Origin: Nitrospirota bacterium
GTDB taxonomy: Bacteria > Nitrospirota > UBA9217
Direction: 5' to 3'
Assembly (NCBI GenBank): GCA_963796285.1
Contig: CAWCKW010000013.1
Location: forward strand, 200,409 to 264,408
Length of the DNA: 64,000 nt
The position numbers and the translations under genes were made by a program. Positions 57,853-64,000 of the stretch are shown one piece after another (positions within the stretch are counted from its first letter, which is position 1; every line of letters starts with the position of its first letter). A model generated the notes under the pieces. The model was not told the origin of the DNA, ran no database searches, and saw only the letters and a program-made list of their open reading frames with translations.

Positions 57853-58063
57853 CAAACGGATCTAACCGTCGACATCCACCCCGGGGACACGGAGAAAAGC
57901 ACGCTGAAGCTGACGGGTTTCTGCTCCGTGCCCTCCGCGCCTCCGGGGTGAAAACCCGCATTTAAGTGCTCATCATAAATTGACTTTCACCGCCCTTTCG
58001 GTTACAATTCCGCTCGTTCTGCTTTGCTGTTCCATCTATTTTTTTACTTCTGGAGGACATGCT

Positions 58064-59623
58064 GTGGCCAAAGTAACGCGCGCGCTGATCAGTGTTTCGC
58101 ACAAGGAAGGCATCCTCGATTTTGCGAAGGGGATCGAAAAACTCGGCATTGAGATACTGTCCACGGGCGGAACGGCAAAGATGCTCCGCGATGCCGGGGT
58201 CAAGGTCAAGGACGTATCGGAGTTCACGGGGTTCCCCGAGATGCTCGACGGCAGGGTCAAGACCCTGCACCCCAAAGTGCATGGAGGGATCCTCGGCAGG
58301 CGCGGCAATCCCGAACATGTAAAACAGATGAACCAGCACGGCATCGAGCCCATCGACCTGGTGGTCGTGAACCTCTACCCCTTTGAGCAGACCGTTGCCA
58401 AACCCGGTTGTACGCTCGAGGACGCGATCGAGAACATCGACATCGGCGGCCCGACCATGCTGCGTTCCGCTGCCAAGAACTATACTGACGTAGCCGTGGT
58501 CGTGTCGCCCCGTGACTACGACCGCGTGCTCGACGAGCTCCGGAAGCACGGCGAGGTGTCCGCGAAAACGCGCTTCGAACTCTGCCGAACCGTTTTCCTC
58601 CACACCGCACGCTACGACAGCGCGATCTCGGCCTGGCTCGACAGCCAGGTCCCGACGGACGAGAAGACCCGCTTCCCCAACATCCTCACGCTCCAGTTTG
58701 AGAAGGTGCAGAACCTGCGCTATGGCGAGAACCCGCACCAGCAGGGCGCCTTCTACAGGGAATTCGGGCGCAGGGAGCCGAGCGTTGCTCACGCAAGGCA
58801 GCTGCAGGGAAAAGAAATGTCCTTCAACAACTTCCTCGATGCCAACAGCGCGCTCGAACTTGCGAAAGAGTATGATCGGCCAGCCGCGATCATTGTAAAG
58901 CACAACAACCCCTGCGGCGCGGCCACGGCAGCAACGCCCGTGGAGGCCTATCGCAACGCGCGTGACTGCGACCCGGTCTCGGCCTTCGGCGGCGTGATCG
59001 CCTTTAACCGCATGGTTGACCTGGATGCCGCCAAAGAGATCGCGGCCACGTTCGTGGAAGTCGTGGTGGCGCCCGAATACGCGCCTGATGCGCTCGAAGA
59101 GCTCAAAAGGAAAAAGGACCTGCGGCTCCTCGACATCGGGCCCACGGTGACAGGCGCTCCCGAAGGTATGGACATGAAAAAAATCGTCGGCGGGCTTATC
59201 TATCAGGACCGCGACCTCGGCCGGATCGCCGACGTCAGGAAGCTGACCGTTGCGACCGCGCGGAAACCCACGGATGACGAATACGAGGCGCTCGCCTTCG
59301 CCTGGCGGGTCTGCAAACACGTAAAGTCGAATGCCATCGTCTTTACTACGAAAGACCGGACCATCGGCATCGGGGCCGGCCAGATGAGCCGTCTTGATTC
59401 GGTGCGTATCGCTGTGATGAAGGCGCGATTCCCGCTCAAGGGGACCGTGCTCGCGTCTGATGCCTTCTTCCCCTTCCGCGACGGACTCGATGAGGCCGCG
59501 AAGGCCGGCATAACTGCGGTAATCCAGCCCGGCGGGTCGCTCAAGGACGAAGAGGTGATCAAAGCGGCGGATGAACATGGCATTGCCATGGTCATGACGG
59601 GGATGCGGCATTTCAGGCATTGA
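58064..59623 (+). CDS. purH: Bifunctional AICAR formyltransferase / IMP cyclohydrolase
   Basis: I place the start at the GTG at 58064, preceded by GGAGGA. It reads (M)AKVTRALISVSHKEGILDFAKGIEKLGIEILSTGGTAKML...VVVNLYPF..., with C-terminus ...GMRHFRH. Confidence 0.93.
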   Translation: MAKVTRALISVSHKEGILDFAKGIEKLGIEILSTGGTAKMLRDAGVKVKDVSEFTGFPEMLDGRVKTLHPKVHGGILGRRGNPEHVKQMNQHGIEPIDLVVVNLYPFEQTVAKPGCTLEDAIENIDIGGPTMLRSAAKNYTDVAVVVSPRDYDRVLDELRKHGEVSAKTRFELCRTVFLHTARYDSAISAWLDSQVPTDEKTRFPNILTLQFEKVQNLRYGENPHQQGAFYREFGRREPSVAHARQLQGKEMSFNNFLDANSALELAKEYDRPAAIIVKHNNPCGAATAATPVEAYRNARDCDPVSAFGGVIAFNRMVDLDAAKEIAATFVEVVVAPEYAPDALEELKRKKDLRLLDIGPTVTGAPEGMDMKKIVGGLIYQDRDLGRIADVRKLTVATARKPTDDEYEALAFAWRVCKHVKSNAIVFTTKDRTIGIGAGQMSRLDSVRIAVMKARFPLKGTVLASDAFFPFRDGLDEAAKAGITAVIQPGGSLKDEEVIKAADEHGIAMVMTGMRHFRH

Positions 59624-59919
59624 TCTAAAAAAAAGGATGCGATCCTTCTCACTCGGGGAGAAACAGTCAACTTCTTTGACCCCGAGTTACCCCGGGTGGG
59701 TAAAGCGCGATTACGGGGTGAATCCGGATTTGATTATGGAGGATCACGTTTTTCATCATTTAATCCCGTTGGAAATATCGCAGTACAGTCCTCGATGTGC
59801 ATCGCACGGTTCAGCCTGCTGTCGGAAGCATCTGAAAGGGGTCAATCCACCCCTATCCACGTCAAGGACTGAGACTTGGATTCATTTCTTCCGGCTTACT
59901 CGGGTTAGGTGAAGTGCTC

Positions 59920-60492
59920 ATGAAAAAAGCATTTATCATGGCTGCCCTCTGCTTATTCCTTCTTACATGTGGATGCCGGAAAACAGGGACACGGAAGGCC
60001 CCTCATGTTCCCGTGGCAACAGAACCGGCAATGCAGCATGGAGAATTGCAGTCGCCGTATTACTCGGGTCTCATCGAAGAATACCGAAGGATCCTTGCGG
60101 AAGATCCGAACAGCCTCGCGGCGATCACCGCCCTCGGCAATGCCTACTTCGATAACGGTCAGTGGAAAGATGCGATCACGATATACGAACATGCACTCCT
60201 CATCAACCCGGGGGACGCGGACGTGCGAACAGACCTGGGGACGGCCTACCGGAATATTGGAATGGCGGACCGCGCGCTTGCCGAATACCGTATTGCGCTC
60301 AAACATGATCCCGGACACTTAAATGCGCGATACAACACAGGGGTCGTTTATGCCATGAATAAAAAAAATTACAGGGAAGCGATCCGCATTTGGGAAGATC
60401 TTCTGAAAATCGCTCCGAATTATCCCCAGGCTGAACAGATGAGGTCCATGATCATGACCTTTAACAAAGCACCCAAGAAGGATATCCGATGA
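59920..60492 (+). CDS. TPR-repeat protein with N-terminal signal/lipoprotein-like sequence
   Basis: MKKAFIMAALCLFLLTCGC... is followed by TPR-like repeats (ALGNAYFDNGQWKDAITIYEHALLINPGDADVRTDLGTAYRNIG...). Confidence 0.7.
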   Translation: MKKAFIMAALCLFLLTCGCRKTGTRKAPHVPVATEPAMQHGELQSPYYSGLIEEYRRILAEDPNSLAAITALGNAYFDNGQWKDAITIYEHALLINPGDADVRTDLGTAYRNIGMADRALAEYRIALKHDPGHLNARYNTGVVYAMNKKNYREAIRIWEDLLKIAPNYPQAEQMRSMIMTFNKAPKKDIR

Positions 60493-60752
60493 TCCGCTTT
60501 TTATTGTTTTTTTTCGTCATTTTGTTGATCTATTCCGCGCTCAAGACCGTGGTCCGGTCAGCGGTCAAAGGTTACCGCGAGGATGAAAAAGGGCGAAGCA
60601 AGCGTATCCTGGGTGATGAAATGGTGCTGGACCCCGAGTGTCATACCTATGTGGTAAAGGACCGCGCAGTGACCCGGCACATCCGGGGCACGCTCACCCA
60701 CTTCTGCAGCGACGCCTGCGCCCGGCAGTATGAGGACAAGAACCGCTCGTGA
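60489..60752 (+). CDS. Small membrane-anchored protein with YHS/TRASH-like Cys motif
   Basis: 87 aa with an N-terminal TM segment (FLLFFFVILLIYSAL) and C-terminal DPECHTYVV...THFCSDACARQY. It overlaps the TPR gene stop by 4 nt. Confidence 0.55.
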   Translation: MIRFLLFFFVILLIYSALKTVVRSAVKGYREDEKGRSKRILGDEMVLDPECHTYVVKDRAVTRHIRGTLTHFCSDACARQYEDKNRS

Positions 60753-60766
60753 TCACGGGTGCATGA

Positions 60767-61396
60767 ATGGTCCCTATGCTAAGGAATAGTAGTTTTACTC
60801 TCAGGCTCCTTGCCGCGTTTCTGCTGCTCAGCTGTATTTCTCCGGCTCCTGAGACGCCGACCGGAAAAAGAAACTCCCAGGCGTCCCTGCTCTCGTCGAT
60901 CACCGGTGTGCTCAAACTCGTTATCAGGAAATCCCGGTATTCCGTAACCCTGTATAAAGGCGAGATGCCCGTGAAAACGTATCGGGCGGTATTCGGCAAG
61001 GGCTACCCAAACGGTGATAAACAAATGCAAGGTGACCAGCGGACGCCGGAAGGAGAGTTCTACATCTGCGCCATGAACGACAGCAAGCGGTTCTATAAGT
61101 TCATGGGACTCAGCTACCCGGGTTTGAAACACGCGGGGGCCGGACTCCGGTCCGGGATGATCTCTCCCCATGAATATGCGATGATCAAGAAGGCGATCGA
61201 GGAACGGCTGCCGCCACCGTGGGGTACGCGGCTCGGCGGGGCCGTGGGGATCCACGGGAGAACGGTGGAAACCGGGAACGCGCAGACGTCTGTCGGCAAA
61301 AACTGGACCGACGGCTGCATCGCCCTTGCCAATGCCGATATTGACGAGATCTATGCGGCAGTGTCCATCGGCACGCCGGTGACGATCCTGCCATGA
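60767..61396 (+). CDS. L,D-transpeptidase (YkuD) family protein
   Basis: 209 aa with a signal peptide, ...YRAVFGKGYPNGDKQMQGDQRTPEGEFYI... and the catalytic IHGRT...TDGCIALAN motif. Confidence 0.75.
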   Translation: MVPMLRNSSFTLRLLAAFLLLSCISPAPETPTGKRNSQASLLSSITGVLKLVIRKSRYSVTLYKGEMPVKTYRAVFGKGYPNGDKQMQGDQRTPEGEFYICAMNDSKRFYKFMGLSYPGLKHAGAGLRSGMISPHEYAMIKKAIEERLPPPWGTRLGGAVGIHGRTVETGNAQTSVGKNWTDGCIALANADIDEIYAAVSIGTPVTILP

Positions 61397-62646
61397 AACA
61401 GACCCAACCTGAACCCGGCCGCCGTTACCCCCTTCTCGAAAAGTATCGAAAGGAAATGTCCCGCTGCGTCAAGTGCGGTTCCTGTAGCGCCGTCTGTCCA
61501 TCGTACCTGCACGAACGCGATGAGTCGTTCTCGGCCCGCGGCAGGATGACGCTCATCAAAGCGGTATTGGATGGACGGCTCTCCTTCTCCGGGATCATCA
61601 AAGACCGCCTGAAAACGTGCACAAACTGTCTGGCCTGTGAAGCCTCTTGCCCGAGCAATGTGCCCGTGACGGATATCATCCAGGCTGCTAAAGAACAGGC
61701 GGTAGCCGAATCAGGCATTGGGATGCTCAACAGCGTAATCGCCACACTGATGAAGCAGCCTGCCTTGTTTCGCGCCGCTGCGTGGCTGGCGCCGGCTGTG
61801 CTTCATTACTCAAAAAATCAGGGGTCACGAGGAGCGCGCGAACGCTCAATGTTCAACGTTCAACGTCCAAAGGAAACCCGGAGGAGAGGCAGGGTTGCTT
61901 TTTTCCCCGGGTGCGCGGTTGACTATTTTCAGCCGGACATTGGTAAGGCGGTGATTGGCGTCCTGAGCGCGATCGGATACGACGTGATCGTGCCAGAAGG
62001 CCTCAAGTGCTGCGGCAGACCGCTTCTGTCGCTCGGCGACCGACGAGGGGCGGAAGAGCTTGCTGCATACAACGCCGCGCTCTTTGAAGCCCTTGAGGTG
62101 GACACGATCGTCACCGCCTGCGCCTCCTGCGGCTTGACTTTTAAAAAGGAATATCCTTCACTTCTCCGGCCCGGCGCGAAGACGCCGGTCGTGCTCGATA
62201 TCAATGAATTTCTGTCTGGCCGGATCGCAGGGATCGATCTTAACCCGGTACGTAAAAGCGTAACGATCCACGACCCGTGCCACCTCGGCAGAGGTCAGGG
62301 TCTGTCGCGGACGGTGCGGAACCTGCTTCAGGCCATCCCCGGCATTTCTCTCGTGGAGATGAAGGATGCGGACCGCTGCTGCGGATTCGGCGGGGTGATG
62401 CGGGTAACCCATAGGGCGCTCTCCGATGGTATTGCAGCGGACAAGGTAAATAATATTATTGCGACCCGCGCTGCTGTGGTTGCCACGGGCTGTCCCGGTT
62501 GTTGCATGCAGATCGCAGATGCGCTGAGGCGACAGGGTTCCGAAATCGAAGTGCTACACCCGGTGCAGCTGTTGGAAGAAGCCCTTTCGAGTGCGGAATT
62601 GGAATCGACTGGGCCGCGGATCAAGGAACCAGGGTCCGGGAAATAA
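61393..62646 (+). CDS. (Fe-S)-binding oxidoreductase subunit, GlcF / HdrD-like (2x[4Fe-4S] + two CCG domains)
   Basis: 417 aa with CVKCGSCSAVCP and CTNCLACEASCP ferredoxin motifs, plus CCG motifs (LKCCGRP, DRCCGFGG). Confidence 0.75.
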   Translation: MKQTQPEPGRRYPLLEKYRKEMSRCVKCGSCSAVCPSYLHERDESFSARGRMTLIKAVLDGRLSFSGIIKDRLKTCTNCLACEASCPSNVPVTDIIQAAKEQAVAESGIGMLNSVIATLMKQPALFRAAAWLAPAVLHYSKNQGSRGARERSMFNVQRPKETRRRGRVAFFPGCAVDYFQPDIGKAVIGVLSAIGYDVIVPEGLKCCGRPLLSLGDRRGAEELAAYNAALFEALEVDTIVTACASCGLTFKKEYPSLLRPGAKTPVVLDINEFLSGRIAGIDLNPVRKSVTIHDPCHLGRGQGLSRTVRNLLQAIPGISLVEMKDADRCCGFGGVMRVTHRALSDGIAADKVNNIIATRAAVVATGCPGCCMQIADALRRQGSEIEVLHPVQLLEEALSSAELESTGPRIKEPGSGK

Positions 62647-62666
62647 CGAACAAGAAGGGACAGCTC

Positions 62667-62874
62667 ATTAAATTTTGTATCGAAACAGCGAACATACGGG
62701 ATCCGCGAGGCAGCAAGCCTCGGCGTAGTTGATGGAGTGACCACCAAGCCCTCAGCTTATTGCCAAAGAGGGCAGGGGCTTCAAATAGGTGATCGATAAG
62801 TGGTGACGCATCCGCTCACGGACAGCGGCATCGAGAAGTTCCTGGCGGACTGGAAAAAGCTGGAGAAGAAGTAG
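62667..62874 (+). pseudogene. Transaldolase (short Fsa/TalC-type) remnant
   Basis: After the SD GAAGGGA: ATT-AAA-TTT... gives (I)KFCIETANI. It continues in shifted frames as IREAASLGVVDGVTT and PQLIAKEGRGFK. It then jumps to the family C-terminus HPLTDSGIEKFLADWKKLEKK with a stop at 62874. The ~208 nt compare with roughly 650 nt for an intact gene. Confidence 0.7.
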
Positions 62875-62970
62875 AATTATTTTGCCACGGATGGACGCGG
62901 ATAAAAGCACCTCATTTTTTTCTTGATCGGACTTTAGCCGTGTTCACCTGTGGTCAGAGAAAGGCCTACT

Positions 62971-63198
62971 ATGCCTATCTACGAATATCACTGCAACGCC
63001 TGCGGCGCTGAATTCGAAAAGCTTGTCTTCGGGTCGACCGCGGAGGTCTCATGCGAGACGTGCGGGTCGAAGAACACGGGCAAGCTCTTGTCGCGCTTCG
63101 GCATGGGCAGGTCCTCGGGCGGGTCTTCGGCAGGCGCAACGAGCGGCAGCTCGGGTTGCGGCGGCTGTTCATCGTCGTCCTGTGCGGGCTGCAAATGA
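62971..63198 (+). CDS. FmdB-family zinc-ribbon protein
   Basis: From the ATG at 62971: MPIYEYHCNACGAEFEKLVFGSTAEVSCETCGS... with a Gly/Ser/Cys-rich tail. Confidence 0.8.
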   Translation: MPIYEYHCNACGAEFEKLVFGSTAEVSCETCGSKNTGKLLSRFGMGRSSGGSSAGATSGSSGCGGCSSSSCAGCK

Positions 63199-63405
63199 TC
63201 GCATCACGGACCCTGGGAGGTTGGTACACGACGTTAGCCACCCCCTAGTGATATGAAACGCATTGCACGGAATCCGGTGTTGACCCGCAAGTACCCGAAA
63301 AAATTACATTCAGCTGTTAATTTTTGTATTGACGAGGAGGGTATCGAAGGGGTACCATGTTCTCACCTGTCGTTCAGGTATTTTATCGTTTCTAAAAAAG
63401 AATTC

Positions 63406-64000
63406 ATGTCATTTATATTATTTCTTGCAGCCGGATTCATACTTGTCCCTTCTTTTGCCTTCGCATGGGGTCCCATGACCCATATGTATCTCGGCAATGA
63501 AATCCTTTCGTGCGCTCCTTTATTACCCGCAGGAATACTGGCACTCCTCAAAAAGCATAAACAGGATTTTCTGTACGGCAATCTCATGGCCGACATGATC
63601 CTCGGGAAGAAATACCTGCCCGAGGACAAGAGCTCGCACTCCTGGGATGTCGGGCTGAAGCTCCTGGACCAGGCAAAGACCTGGCCCGAGCGGGCATTTG
63701 CCTACGGCTTCCTGGGGCACCTTGCCGCCGACACCGTGGCGCATGAAACCCTCACGGATGAGATGGGAAATATGGGGCATACGTGGATCGAGTTGAAAGC
63801 GGACAGCCTCATCGACAAGACCTACTGGCTCCAGACCGTCATGATCAGCAAAAAGGTCAAGAAGCGGAGCCACTTGCTGCTCGAGAATTCCCTGGACCGC
63901 TACATGTTCTCCTTCAATACCAACAAGCGGATCTACAAGAGCATGGTGTTCCTCTCGTTCCTGAACAAGAAGAGAAGAAGCGGCGTTGACAGGGCACTTA
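63406..64000 (+). CDS. Zinc-dependent phospholipase C-like family protein, partial (runs off the right edge)
   Basis: Absent from the ORF track because no stop lies in the window. I translated it by hand as MSFILFLAAGFILVPSFAFAWGPMTHMYLGNEIL...YGNLMADMILGKKY...GFLGHLAADTVAHE.... The signal peptide plus WG..TH and H..AD motifs fit this family. Confidence 0.5.
   Translation, partial: MSFILFLAAGFILVPSFAFAWGPMTHMYLGNEILSCAPLLPAGILALLKKHKQDFLYGNLMADMILGKKYLPEDKSSHSWDVGLKLLDQAKTWPERAFAYGFLGHLAADTVAHETLTDEMGNMGHTWIELKADSLIDKTYWLQTVMISKKVKKRSHLLLENSLDRYMFSFNTNKRIYKSMVFLSFLNKKRRSGVDRAL

Noticed and set aside
57853-58063. A ZTP (pfl) or purine riboswitch upstream of purH.
   Set aside because: The leader is structured, with nested stems CACCCCGG/CCGGGGTG and CACGGAG/CTCCGTG. 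I could not find the conserved ZTP core or pseudoknot sequences, nor a purine-riboswitch three-way junction. The structure sits just after the ferritin-like gene stop and is more simply a terminator or REP-like hairpin. A covariance-model scan would settle it.

Overview
This is a bacterial chromosomal window of moderately high GC by eye, and most of it is core translation and transcription genes. On the minus strand, 1-27.7 kb carries a contiguous spc/S10/str ribosomal-protein block (rplO to rpsJ, tuf, fusA, rpsG, rpsL). It continues with rpoC-rpoB, rplL-rplJ-rplA-rplK, nusG, secE, tRNA-Trp, rpmG, a second tuf encoding an identical protein, and a Thr-Tyr-Gly-Thr tRNA operon. The remainder is mostly housekeeping: rlmB, cysS, a standalone LigD-type 3'-phosphoesterase, hemE-hemH-hemY and an IS4-like element. 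After these come a REC-PilZ gene, tag, a VOC gene, DUF4242, groES-groEL with a perfect CIRCE operator, and ftsE-ftsX-envC-ctpA. Further on are a split transketolase, tRNA-Leu(CAA) followed by a low-GC islet, a double-PilZ protein, a macro-domain protein and an EndoQ-like PHP nuclease. The right end holds a GNAT, a PPi-type phosphofructokinase, purH, cell-envelope genes, a transaldolase remnant, an FmdB zinc ribbon and a partial PLC-like gene. I saw no rRNA, no CRISPR array, and no recognisable defence, secretion or biosynthetic cluster. I did not find a convincing novel multi-gene system, and the scores reflect that. Four observations are most worth a second look. (1) About a dozen single-base frameshifts, plus one in-frame stop, hit conserved and often essential genes; they cluster at 23-24 kb and 35.7-45.8 kb, while 0-22.7 kb has none. 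(2) Ribosomal protein L5 carries a Lys/Ala-rich N-terminal extension of about 60 aa. (3) A decayed transaldolase remnant sits in the same window as a PPi-type PFK and a split transketolase. (4) A low-GC islet without an integrase follows tRNA-Leu, and short palindromic words (TGCGGATT, TGCAAAAT) recur in intergenic spacers. All product calls rest on my own recognition of motifs in the supplied translations; no database search was run.
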